The notes beneath the pieces are model-generated. The model worked only from the letters and a program-made list of their open reading frames with translations. It made no database searches and was not told where the DNA came from. Shown piece after piece: positions 19,334 through 28,069 of a stretch of 64,000 nucleotides of DNA. Position 1 is the stretch's first letter. Each line of letters begins with the position of its first letter. The position numbers were made by a program, and so were the translations under genes. Source of the DNA: Ottowia sp. Lineage in GTDB: Bacteria > Pseudomonadota > Gammaproteobacteria > Burkholderiales > Burkholderiaceae_C. Location: contig JBQNAO010000003.1 of assembly GCA_052170415.1 (NCBI GenBank), positions 43,400-107,399 of the forward strand, given 5' to 3'.

Positions 19334-20629
19334 TCAGGTTTTTAATAAAGGGCGGGCGGCCACTTTATCAATGCGGCGGCCTTGCAGCGCCAGCACTTCA
19401 AATTCCCAATCGGCGACGGTGATGCGCTCGCCCTGGCGCGGCAAATCGCCCGATTCGGCCATGAGCAGGCCGGCCACGGTGTTATAGCGGCCCTTGCTCT
19501 CTTGCGGTAATTGGCGGATTTGCAGGCGGGTTTTCATTTCATTGACGGGCATCAAACCTTCCAGTATCCAGCCGCCATTGGCCGTGGGGGTGGCCCAGGC
19601 GTCAATATCGGCGTCGGGTTTGAGTTCGCCGGTAATGGCTTCGAGCAAATCGCGCGGAGTCATCATGCCTTGCACCACGCCATATTCATCCACAACCAGC
19701 AGCAGGCGGCCCGATTTGGCGCGCAATTGCTCCAGCATTTCCAGCCCGCTCAGGGTTTCGGGCACGAATACGGCATTTTCACAATGCTCGGCCAGGGTGC
19801 CGGGGGCATTTGCGCCCAATTCAAGTAATCGCGCCACGCTGATGATGCCGGCCACTTCATCGAGTCCGCCGTGGCAGACGGGATACCACGAATGCGATTG
19901 GCTTTCTTTTCGCGCGGCCACATATTCCAGCGTTTGCGCGACGGTGTTTTGCGCATTCAGCCATTCAATATCGCTGCGCGGCACCATCAGCGAAGTGAGA
20001 GGCCGGTCATCCAGGTGAAAGACATTGCGCACCATTTGGTGCTCGTGCGCTTCGATCAGGCCGGCGTCCACGCCTTCGGCCAGGCTGGCGGAAATTTCCT
20101 CGGCGGTAACGGCGCGCTCGCCCTGGTTGTCAATGCGCAGCAGCTTCAAAACGCCCTGCGTGGAAAGCGATAGCAGCGCCACAAAGGGCCGGGTGAATGC
20201 GGCCAGCGCGCGCATGGGCGGGGCCATCCAGCGCGCCACGGTTTCGGGGTAGAGCTGGCCTATGCGCTTGGGCACCAGCTCGCCAAAGATGATGGTGACG
20301 AAGGTGATGAGCGCCACCACCAGCACCGTGGCCAGCACGCCGGCGGCGCGCTCGGCCATGCCCAGCCCGTGCAGCCAGGCGGCCACCGGGCCGCTGAAGG
20401 CGGCCTCGCCCACGATGCCGTTGAGCACGCCGATGGAAGTAATGCCCACCTGCACGGTGGAGAGAAACTGCGTGGGGTCATCCATCAGTCGCAGCGCCAC
20501 GGCGGCCGCGCCATCGCCGCTTTCGGCCATTGCGGCCAGGCGGGCCTTGCGGCTGGCCGCCAGCGCCATTTCAGACATGGCGAACACGCCATTGAGCACG
20601 ATCAAGAGACAAATCAGCAGCAGTTCCAT
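19334..20629 (-). CDS. CNNM/TlyC-family transporter-associated protein (DUF21-CBS-CorC_HlyC)
   Basis: Start at the internal ATG (MELLLICLLIVLNGVFAMSEMAL). CBS pair region and C-terminal CorC/HlyC domain. Confidence 0.8.
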   Translation of the reverse strand: MELLLICLLIVLNGVFAMSEMALAASRKARLAAMAESGDGAAAVALRLMDDPTQFLSTVQVGITSIGVLNGIVGEAAFSGPVAAWLHGLGMAERAAGVLATVLVVALITFVTIIFGELVPKRIGQLYPETVARWMAPPMRALAAFTRPFVALLSLSTQGVLKLLRIDNQGERAVTAEEISASLAEGVDAGLIEAHEHQMVRNVFHLDDRPLTSLMVPRSDIEWLNAQNTVAQTLEYVAARKESQSHSWYPVCHGGLDEVAGIISVARLLELGANAPGTLAEHCENAVFVPETLSGLEMLEQLRAKSGRLLLVVDEYGVVQGMMTPRDLLEAITGELKPDADIDAWATPTANGGWILEGLMPVNEMKTRLQIRQLPQESKGRYNTVAGLLMAESGDLPRQGERITVADWEFEVLALQGRRIDKVAARPLLKT

Positions 20630-20678
20630 GCGCGGGCCGGGCTGCGGCGGGCGGGCCGCGCCCTCACAATTGCAGAGC

Positions 20679-21503
20679 ATGTCACTCTACTTTATTGGCG
20701 ACGTGCAGGGCTGCGACGGGGCCTTGCAGCGATTGCTGGATGCCATCTGCTTTTCCCCCAGCCGCGACCGCCTGGTGCTGCTGGGCGACTTGGTCAACCG
20801 CGGCCCCAAATCGGCCGCCGTGCTGCGCCGCATGCTGCGCTATGGCGAGGCCGCAAGCTGCCTGCTGGGCAACCACGACTTGCACCTGCTGGCCGTGGCC
20901 TGTGGCGCGCGCGCGCCGCACCGCAAAGACACGCTGGACAAACTGCTGGCTGCCAAAGACCGCGCCGCCCTGCTCGAATGGCTGCGCCAGCGCCCGCTGG
21001 CTTTGCGCGCAGGCGACGTGCTGTGCGTGCACGCCGGCGTGCTGCCGCAGTGGACGGCGGGCGACACCCTGCGCCTGGCCGCCGAAGTGCAGGCCGTGCT
21101 GCGCAGCGCCGAAGCGCCGCACTTTCTGCGCGCCATGTATGGCAACGAACCCGACGCCTGGCACCCCGCGCTGCAAGGCGACGAGCGACTGCGGCTGATC
21201 ACCAACGCCCTCACGCGCCTGCGCTTTTGCACTGCCGACGGGCGCATGCAATTCGAGGCCAAGGGCAGCGAAGACAACGCCCCGCCCGGCTGCCTGCCCT
21301 GGTTCGACGTGCCCGGCCGCCGCACGGCAGGCGAGGTGATTGCCTTCGGCCACTGGAGCACGCTGGGCTGGCGCGAGCGCCCCGACATCCTGCCGCTGGA
21401 CACCGGCTGCGTCTGGGGCGGCCACCTGAGCGCCCTGCGTCTGGACGGGCAGGACAGAGAGCTGATCCAGGTGCGCTGCAAACAGGCGCAGAAGCCGGGT
21501 TGA
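20679..21503 (+). CDS. apaH: Symmetrical bis(5'-nucleosyl)-tetraphosphatase
   Basis: MSLYFIGDVQGCDGALQRLL...LVLLGDLVNRGPKS...GNHDLHLL metallophosphatase motifs. 274 aa. Confidence 0.9.
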   Translation: MSLYFIGDVQGCDGALQRLLDAICFSPSRDRLVLLGDLVNRGPKSAAVLRRMLRYGEAASCLLGNHDLHLLAVACGARAPHRKDTLDKLLAAKDRAALLEWLRQRPLALRAGDVLCVHAGVLPQWTAGDTLRLAAEVQAVLRSAEAPHFLRAMYGNEPDAWHPALQGDERLRLITNALTRLRFCTADGRMQFEAKGSEDNAPPGCLPWFDVPGRRTAGEVIAFGHWSTLGWRERPDILPLDTGCVWGGHLSALRLDGQDRELIQVRCKQAQKPG

Positions 21504-21571
21504 TGGGGCGAATCGAATGGAGCGGGCGGGCAGGGCGGATTTCCCCCGCTTCCGCCCATTTGTAACAGTCC

Positions 21572-21650
21572 AAAAAACAGGCAAACCGCCCGCAGCGCCC
21601 GTGAATACTGCGATCGCAGCTATGAAAATTGGAGCAGAAACCCGCTACTG
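21572..21650 (-). repeat. DnaA-box intergenic repeat family, copy C (core only, no DnaA box)
   Basis: Plus strand reads CAGGCAAACCGCCCGCAGCGCCCGTGAATACTGCGATCGCAGCTATGAAAATT. Confidence 0.6.
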
Positions 21651-21678
21651 TTACATTTTCGGGGCCTGAAAGGCCCTT

Positions 21679-22890
21679 TCAAGCCGCCTTCAAGACCCGC
21701 GCCAGGCGGGCCACGCCTTCGCGGATGTCGGCGTCCGCTGCGGTGGCGAAGGAAAGGCGCAGGCTGGCCTCATCGGGCTGGTCGGCAAAAAAGGGCGCGC
21801 CGGGCACGAAGGCCACGCCCTGCGCGATGGCCTGCCGCGCCAGGGCCTGGCCGCTGCGCTGCGCGCCGCCCGCGCCCGTGAGCCGCGCCCAGATGAACAG
21901 CCCGCCGGCGGGGGCGGTGAATTCGATGGCCTGACCCAGTTGCTCGCGCAGGCATTGCGCCATGAGCTGCGCGCGTGCGCCATAGACCCGGCGCACCCGA
22001 TCCAGCGCCGCCGGCAAATGCCCGCCCGCCAGATAGCGCGCCGCCACGGCCTGGGCGAAGGTGCTGGTGTGCGCGTCGCTGAACTGCTTGCACATCACCG
22101 CCTTGGCCAGCAGCGGCGCGGGCGCGATCAGCCAGCCCAGGCGCAGGCCGGGCGCCAGGATTTTGGAGAGGCTGCCGCAGTGCAGCACCCAGTCGCGGCT
22201 GCCCGGCACTTCGGGCACCAGCGCCAGCAGGCTGGCCGGGGGCGGGGCGTCAAACCACAGCTCGCCGTAGGGGTCGTCTTCGACGATCAGCGTTTGATGG
22301 CGCACGGCCAGCTCCAGCACGCGCTTGCGCCGCTCCAGCGACAAGGTGGCCCCGCTGGGGTTGCCAAAGGTGGGGATGAGGTAGATCAGACGCGGGCGGT
22401 GCTCGGCAATCAGGCGCTCCAGCGCATCGGGCTGCACGCCCTGGGCGTCGACGGGGGCGCTGATGACGCGCGCGCCGTAGAGGCGAAAGCACTGGATGGT
22501 GGCCAAAAAGGTCGGCCCCTCGACGATGGCCGTGCAGCCGGGATCGAGCAGCACCTTGCCGATCAAGTCCAGCGCCTGCTGGCTGCCGGTGGTGACGATG
22601 AGCTGATCGGCGCTGACGGCCGCGCCCCGGCCTTGCATGAGCGCGGCCAGTTGCTCGCGCAGCGCGGGCAGCCCTTCGGTAGCGCCGTATTGCAGCGCCG
22701 CGCCGGGTTGCTCTAGCAGCGCCTGCTCGCTGGCCTGGCGCAGCGCGCCCACATCGAACAGGGCGCTATCGGGAAAGCCGCCGGCGAAACTGATGATGCC
22801 GGGTTGGCCCAGCAGCTTGAACAGCTCGCGTATGGCCGATGTTTCAACATGATCGAGGCGCTGGGCCAGGGCGTAGGAGGGGGAGGGCAT
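21679..22890 (-). CDS. PLP-dependent aminotransferase (class I/II; aminoadipate/aromatic aminotransferase-like)
   Basis: 403 aa with GSLSKILAPGLRLGW (PLP-lysine region). Confidence 0.8.
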   Translation of the reverse strand: MPSPSYALAQRLDHVETSAIRELFKLLGQPGIISFAGGFPDSALFDVGALRQASEQALLEQPGAALQYGATEGLPALREQLAALMQGRGAAVSADQLIVTTGSQQALDLIGKVLLDPGCTAIVEGPTFLATIQCFRLYGARVISAPVDAQGVQPDALERLIAEHRPRLIYLIPTFGNPSGATLSLERRKRVLELAVRHQTLIVEDDPYGELWFDAPPPASLLALVPEVPGSRDWVLHCGSLSKILAPGLRLGWLIAPAPLLAKAVMCKQFSDAHTSTFAQAVAARYLAGGHLPAALDRVRRVYGARAQLMAQCLREQLGQAIEFTAPAGGLFIWARLTGAGGAQRSGQALARQAIAQGVAFVPGAPFFADQPDEASLRLSFATAADADIREGVARLARVLKAA

Positions 22891-23011
22891 GGCGTGCAGT
22901 GGGATGGGCAGTGATGGCCCCTCAAGAATCAGGGGCGCGAGGGATTCGGGTCAGTGGCGCACCTTCTTGTGCAAGGTGCGGCCTCTCATATGCGCGGTGC
23001 TGCCGAGCGGT

Positions 23012-24184
23012 TTATTCGGTTTTGCTGGCGCGCTTGAAGTTGTTGTCGTCCTGACAATGGTGCAGGGCATCAAAAACGATGCCTGCAATGCGCGACAAAT
23101 GATCGGGGTGACTCAACAAAATGCTATTGCCCATGCCCAGTTGCAGGCCGGCGCGGGCGATTTCGTGTTTGCGCTGATCGGTTAATGGCACGCACACGAA
23201 AATGCAGGGCTGACGCTTATCCGCTTGATAGCGGATTAACCACCGATTGACTTTGCCTTGATACAGGATGCTGTAATAACTTTCGGTGTCCTTGGCCGAA
23301 ATTTGTGCGTCATTACCCAGAATTTCCTTGACTACTTCAAACAAGCGTCGCTCGGTATAAGTGGTCACAATGCGAGGGTTGTCGGCGTCAACGATATCAG
23401 CGGTCGGATCATCTTTTTCTGTGGCGGGCGGTGTTTCGGTGGCAGGGGTTTCAATTGCTGTAGCTGCGGGAGATTTTGCAGACAGACCCGAAACGACCAT
23501 GTTGCTGACGGAGCGTTCAACGGCTTGTTTGACCAAGGGTGCGATGCTTTCCAGAAATTTGGCATTGAATTGCCGCTGAATATTGGCCCGGCCTGCCACA
23601 TAGCGGACGAACTCGATATCCGGCTCGCGCAAGCTGGTGCTGATGACCTCGGTGAAGGCATTCAGATAGACCGTCTCTTCAGCCAGGGTTCGCAAGGCTT
23701 CGGGCTGGAACTCGTCGTGTCTGAAGCGGCGCAGTCGCTGTAAGAAAGTGGTGTCCATGTTGCCGAAATCCACGGTCAGGAAAGGCGTCGTGTCCATCAC
23801 GTTTTTGTTATTCAAATCCGTGAAAAATCTCCATTCTTCGCCGTTGGTAATGGCTGCAATCGTGACTTCGGGCGTTGCGTTGAAATAACGCGAAAGCTGC
23901 GGACAATGGTTGCTCAGCTTTTCGCTATGTCCCTTGGCCTCGATAAACATGACCGGAACGCCGTGACAAAAAAGCGCGTAATCAACACGCTCGCTGCTTT
24001 TGGCGCCTGGAAAATCAGCGCCATATTCCGCTTTGACCTTGGTCGGATCGAATGGAGAAAATCCCAAAATATCCAGCAAAGGCAGTATCAGGGCTTGTTT
24101 GGTTGTTTCCTCTGTGGTGCAATGAGTTGCGACATTTTTGACATGCTCGGCGTGTTTGCGCATGCGATCGGTAAAGCCGTCCAT
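23012..24184 (-). CDS. PD-(D/E)XK nuclease-like protein (type I restriction HsdR N-terminal-like domain) with an uncharacterised C-terminal domain
   Basis: Start at the internal ATG (MDGFTDRMRKH...). ETTKQALILPLLDILGF...ERVDYALF...VMFIEAKG gives a D...ExK signature. The gene is markedly AT-richer than its flanks. Confidence 0.7.
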   Translation of the reverse strand: MDGFTDRMRKHAEHVKNVATHCTTEETTKQALILPLLDILGFSPFDPTKVKAEYGADFPGAKSSERVDYALFCHGVPVMFIEAKGHSEKLSNHCPQLSRYFNATPEVTIAAITNGEEWRFFTDLNNKNVMDTTPFLTVDFGNMDTTFLQRLRRFRHDEFQPEALRTLAEETVYLNAFTEVISTSLREPDIEFVRYVAGRANIQRQFNAKFLESIAPLVKQAVERSVSNMVVSGLSAKSPAATAIETPATETPPATEKDDPTADIVDADNPRIVTTYTERRLFEVVKEILGNDAQISAKDTESYYSILYQGKVNRWLIRYQADKRQPCIFVCVPLTDQRKHEIARAGLQLGMGNSILLSHPDHLSRIAGIVFDALHHCQDDNNFKRASKTE

Positions 24185-24344
24185 TTCTTCTCCTTTGAGG
24201 GGTTTGCATTTGTCAGCGTTGCGCGGGTTTGAGCCCTGTTTTGCTGAGGAGTGTATTTTCTGCGCTTTTGTGCTTTGTTCTCGTTTTTGGCGCAGTTTGC
24301 GTGGAGTTGCGCAGCAAAAAGCTGGGTGCAAGCGGAGAAGAGGC

Positions 24345-24385
24345 CAAAAAAGAAGGCCGCCTTGCGGGAAGCAAAAGCGGCCTTC
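24345..24385 (-). terminator. Rho-independent terminator after tRNA-Leu
   Basis: Minus strand reads GAAGGCCGC-TTTTGCTTCCCGCAAG-GCGGCCTTC then TTTTTTGG. Confidence 0.8.
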
Positions 24386-24399
24386 GGTGGCAGTGGATA

Positions 24400-24777
24400 T
24401 GGTGCCCGGGGCCGGAATCGAACCGGCACGCCTTGCGGCCAGGGATTTTCTTCCCCGCTACGGCTTTCGCCGCCGGGGGCGGCCCGCTGGGGGCTGCCGC
24501 CCGTTTGGGGGCTGGAGCACGCCTTCGCCCTGGCGCGGCCTTTTCTTTCAAAAAGGCCGCGCTGTAGGCGCCCGCCGTCTGCTCTCTACACCTTCGCACG
24601 GATCGCGCCCGAGGGGGCGCGGGGCCGTTTGCTTGGCTCGGCGTTGGCTCGATCCGGGCCGCCGAAGGCGGGGGATCAGGGCGTTCGCCGAGTTTGACGG
24701 GCTTCACTTCACACGCTTTCCGCGTGAAGGCTCAAATTGTTCAAGTCCCTTGTGTCTACCGATTTCACCACCCGGGC
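24400..24777 (-). tRNA. tRNA-Leu(UAA), split gene: 5' exon 24777..24743, 3' exon 24449..24400
   Basis: Exons join to GCCCGGGTGGTGAAATCGGTAGACACAAGGGACTT|AAAATCCCTGGCCGCAAGGCGTGCCGGTTCGATTCCGGCCCCGGGCACCA. The 7-bp acceptor stem is perfect, the anticodon stem is AGGGA/TCCCT, the loop is CUUAAAA, the variable arm is long, the T loop is TTCGATT, and CCA is encoded. Confidence 0.88.
24450..24742 (-). ncRNA. Group I intron (IC3-like) inserted between U34 and A35 of tRNA-Leu(UAA)
   Basis: 293 nt. Begins GAACAAUUUGAGCCUU, where the internal guide GAG can pair with exon CUU through a U-G wobble. Contains CAAACUCGGC...GCCGAGCCAAGC, GCGAAGGUGUAGAGAGCAGACGG and GGCGGCGAAAGCCGUAGCGGGGAAG, ending in G. 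These elements resemble the cyanobacterial tRNA-Leu intron core as recalled. Confidence 0.82.
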
Positions 24778-24888
24778 CTGAAGTGGGAAAGAAGTGGAAA
24801 ACGGGCGATTTTGACAGAGCCGGCAGGGCCGGCCGGGATGCGCTCGGTTTGCAAATGCGGGATGCATCGCCTGCACATAATCGCCGCC

Positions 24889-25611
24889 ATGTCTGCTGCT
24901 GCCGTTTCCGATGCCGTTTTTCAGGCTACGGGCCTGACCAAGACCTATCACATGGGCGATGTGCAGGTGCACGCTCTGCGGGGGGTGGATTTGCATTTGC
25001 GGCGCGGGGAGTTGGTGGTGGTGCTGGGGCCTTCGGGCAGCGGCAAGTCCACGCTGCTGAACATTCTGGGCGGGCTGGATGTGCCCAGCAGCGGGCAGGT
25101 GAGTTATGGCGGGCAGGATTTGAGCTGCGCCGATGACGCCACGCTGACGCGCTATCGGCGCGAGCATGTGGGTTTTGTGTTTCAGTTCTACAACCTGATT
25201 GCCAGCCTGACGGCGCGCGAGAACGTGGCCATCGTGACCGAGATTGCGCGCAATCCCCTGCCGCCGGAGCAGGCGCTGGAGCTGGTGGGGCTGACGGCGC
25301 GGCTGGATCACTTTCCGGCGCAGCTCTCGGGCGGGGAGCAGCAGCGCGTGGCGATTGCGCGCGCCATTGCCAAGCGCCCGGATGTGCTGCTGTGCGATGA
25401 GCCGACGGGGGCGCTGGATTCGGCCACGGGCGTGCGCGTGTTGCAGGCGCTGGAGCAGGTCAACGCCACGCTGGGGGCCACGACGGTCATCATCACGCAC
25501 AACGCCGACATTGCCCGCATGGCCGATCGCGTGCTGGTCATGGCCGATGGCCGCATCGCCAGCGAGCAGGTCAATGCCAACCGCATCCGCGCCGAGGCGC
25601 TGCGCTGGTGA
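24889..25611 (+). CDS. ABC transporter ATP-binding protein (MacB/LolD-type)
   Basis: Internal ATG at 24889. [38 protein letters not shown]. Confidence 0.88.
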   Translation: MSAAAVSDAVFQATGLTKTYHMGDVQVHALRGVDLHLRRGELVVVLGPSGSGKSTLLNILGGLDVPSSGQVSYGGQDLSCADDATLTRYRREHVGFVFQFYNLIASLTARENVAIVTEIARNPLPPEQALELVGLTARLDHFPAQLSGGEQQRVAIARAIAKRPDVLLCDEPTGALDSATGVRVLQALEQVNATLGATTVIITHNADIARMADRVLVMADGRIASEQVNANRIRAEALRW

Positions 25612-25639
25612 GGGCGGGGGTTTTCTTTAATCAGCCGAG

Positions 25640-28027
25640 TTGCCGATGTTTCGCTTGTTCCGCATTTCCCCGCTCACGCGCAAGGCGCTGCGCGATTTGT
25701 GGCTGATGCGCGGGCAGGCGCTGGCCATTGCGCTGGTGATTGCGGCGGGCATTTCGATGCTGGTGATGTCGCGATCGACGCTGGACTCGCTGCGCACCAC
25801 GCGCGACATGTTGTATGCCGAGCAGCGCTTCTCGCATGTGTGGGCGCACCTCAAGCGCGCGCCCGTGTCGCTGGCGCAGCGCGTGGCCGAAGTGCCGGGC
25901 GTGGCCGAGGTGGACACGCGCATCGTCACCCTGGCCAAGATGCAGTTGCCCGGCTTTGCCGACCCGGTGCAGGCGCTGGTGCAGTCGCTGCCCGACGGGG
26001 GCGAGCCGCCGCAAAACAAGCTGCACATGCGCGCCGGGCGCATGCTGGCCGCCGGCGCGCGCGATGAGGTGCTGATCAGCGATGGCTTTGCCAAGGCGCA
26101 CCAGTTGCAGCCGGGCGCGTGGCTCAGGCTGATCGTGCACGGGCGGGCGCAGTGGTTTCGCGTGGCGGGCGTGGCGGTGTCGGCCGAGCATCTGGTGCAA
26201 ATCAAGCACGGGGCCATGTTCCCTGATTACGAACGCTACGCCATCGTCTGGGCGCCCAAAAGCGCGCTGGAAGCGGCCATGAACATGAAAGGCGCGTTCA
26301 ACCAGCTTGTGCTGCGCCTGGCTGACGGGGCGCACGAGCAGGACGTGATCGACGCCACCGACCGCATCCTGCAGCGCTACGGCGGCATAGGCGCGGTGGG
26401 GCGCGCCGATCAGCTTTCCTACCGTTTTCTGGACAAGGAATTCAAGCAGCTGGCCACCAATGCGTGGCTGTTTCCGACCATTTTTCTGGGCGTGGCGGCG
26501 TTTTTGCTGAATGTGGTGTTCAAGCGCCTGATCGGCATGCAGCGCGATCAGATCGCCACGCTCAAGGCCTTTGGCTACACCACGCGCGAAGTGGCGCTGC
26601 ACTACGGGCAAATCGTGGCGCTCATCAGCGTGCTGGGCGTGATCGTGGGCGTGGCCGCAGGCGTGTGGCTGGGCGGGAATCTGGCGCAGCTTTACCAGCG
26701 CAATTTCCGCTTTCCCTATCTGACTTTTGCGCTGGATGTGCCGGTGATTGCCATCGGCGCGGGCGTGAGCCTGCTGGCGGCGCTGGCGGGCACGGGCCGC
26801 GCCGTGCTGGCCGCCGCGCGCGAGCCGGTGGCCCAGGCCATGCGCCCGGCCGCGCCCGAGAGCTACCGCCGCACCCTGGCCGAGCGCCTGGGGCTGACGC
26901 GCTGGCTCTCGCAGCCGGCGCGCATCGTTTTGCGCCAGATCGAGCGCCACCCCTTCAAGGCGCTTTTGACCTGCGTGGGCCTGGGGCTGGCCACCAGCGT
27001 GGCCATGCTGGCGGGCTTTCAGCGCGCGTCCGTCAATTACCTGCTGGCCCATGAGTTCGGCCTGGTGCGCCAGTACGACATGTATGCCTCCTTCACCGAA
27101 GTCACGCCCGTTCGCGCCCTGAACGAGCTGCGCGCGCTGCCCGGCGTGCTGAGCGTTGAAGGCGCGCGCGCCGTGCCGGTGCGCATCGGCCATCTCAACC
27201 ACAGCTACATCACCAACATCGAAGGGCTGCCCATGAACGGGCAAATGCGCCGCCTGCTCGACCGCCGGGGCCGGGACGTGCCCCTGCCCGAATCGGGCCT
27301 GGTGCTGGGGTCGTGGCTGGCGCAAAGCCTGGGCGTGCAGGCGGGCGACGCCGTGTGGGTGGAAGTGATGGAAGGCCGCCAGCCGCGCCTGACGCTGCCG
27401 GTGGTGCAGCTGGTGGACGAATACATGGGCATGAACGTTTACATGAACCTGCCCGCCCTCAACCGCACGCTGGGCGATGACGCCCTGATCACCCACGCCT
27501 ACATGAGCGTGGACCCCGCGCAGGAATCGGCGCTGCTGCACCATCTGGAGCGCCGCCCGCAGGTCATGGGGGCAGAGTCGCAGAGCGCGGCCGTGCGCTC
27601 CTACCGCGAAACCATGGAAATCTTCATGGGCATCTTCGCCACCGTGGCCACCATCATGGGCGCGATCATCAACTTCGGCGTGGTCTACAACTCGGCGCGC
27701 ATGTCCCTGTCCGAGCGCGCCCGAGAGCTGGCCAGCCTGCGCGTGCTGGGCATGACGCGCGGCGAAGTCACCGTCATCTTGCTGGGCGAGCTGACCCTGC
27801 TCACCCTGCTTTCGCTGCCGCTGGGCGCAGCCTTTGGCTGGCTCATGGGCCTGTTTCTCACAGCCAACATGAACAACGAACTCTTCCGCGTGCCCCTGCT
27901 GCCCAACGCATCCATCTTCGCCTTTGCCTTTTTCATCACCTGCATCAGCGCCCTGATCTCGGCGCTGTCGGTGAGCTGGCGCGTGCACCGGCTCGATCTC
28001 ATCGGCGCGCTCAAAACCCGTGAATAA
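25640..28027 (+). CDS. ABC transporter permease with duplicated FtsX domains
   Basis: 795 aa. Two blocks each of a large periplasmic domain plus 4 TM, FtsX-like. Confidence 0.8.
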   Translation: MPMFRLFRISPLTRKALRDLWLMRGQALAIALVIAAGISMLVMSRSTLDSLRTTRDMLYAEQRFSHVWAHLKRAPVSLAQRVAEVPGVAEVDTRIVTLAKMQLPGFADPVQALVQSLPDGGEPPQNKLHMRAGRMLAAGARDEVLISDGFAKAHQLQPGAWLRLIVHGRAQWFRVAGVAVSAEHLVQIKHGAMFPDYERYAIVWAPKSALEAAMNMKGAFNQLVLRLADGAHEQDVIDATDRILQRYGGIGAVGRADQLSYRFLDKEFKQLATNAWLFPTIFLGVAAFLLNVVFKRLIGMQRDQIATLKAFGYTTREVALHYGQIVALISVLGVIVGVAAGVWLGGNLAQLYQRNFRFPYLTFALDVPVIAIGAGVSLLAALAGTGRAVLAAAREPVAQAMRPAAPESYRRTLAERLGLTRWLSQPARIVLRQIERHPFKALLTCVGLGLATSVAMLAGFQRASVNYLLAHEFGLVRQYDMYASFTEVTPVRALNELRALPGVLSVEGARAVPVRIGHLNHSYITNIEGLPMNGQMRRLLDRRGRDVPLPESGLVLGSWLAQSLGVQAGDAVWVEVMEGRQPRLTLPVVQLVDEYMGMNVYMNLPALNRTLGDDALITHAYMSVDPAQESALLHHLERRPQVMGAESQSAAVRSYRETMEIFMGIFATVATIMGAIINFGVVYNSARMSLSERARELASLRVLGMTRGEVTVILLGELTLLTLLSLPLGAAFGWLMGLFLTANMNNELFRVPLLPNASIFAFAFFITCISALISALSVSWRVHRLDLIGALKTRE

Positions 28028-28069
28028 ACCCCAGTCGCATCTTTTCATCGCCCCGTTTTTGAACCTGGC

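Noticed and set aside
22950-24345. Calling the AT-rich islet a mobile element or integrative island.
   Set aside because: No integrase, transposase, att-type direct repeat of the tRNA 3' end, or inverted repeats were found. It is reported only as a compositional islet.
24400-24777. First impression was tmRNA (ssrA), because of the tRNA-like 3' end plus a ~300-nt structured body.
   Set aside because: The 5' part is a complete tRNA-Leu D arm and anticodon stem, not a tmRNA 5' acceptor strand. No tag ORF ending in ...LAA was seen. The insert carries group I intron core elements and sits between positions 34 and 35.
24138-25136. 332-aa plus-strand ORF, and other ORFs crossing the tRNA/intron.
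   Set aside because: They overlap the tRNA-Leu exons and the intron, and the translation is Arg/Gly/Ala-rich. The real ABC ATPase starts at 24889 in another ORF.
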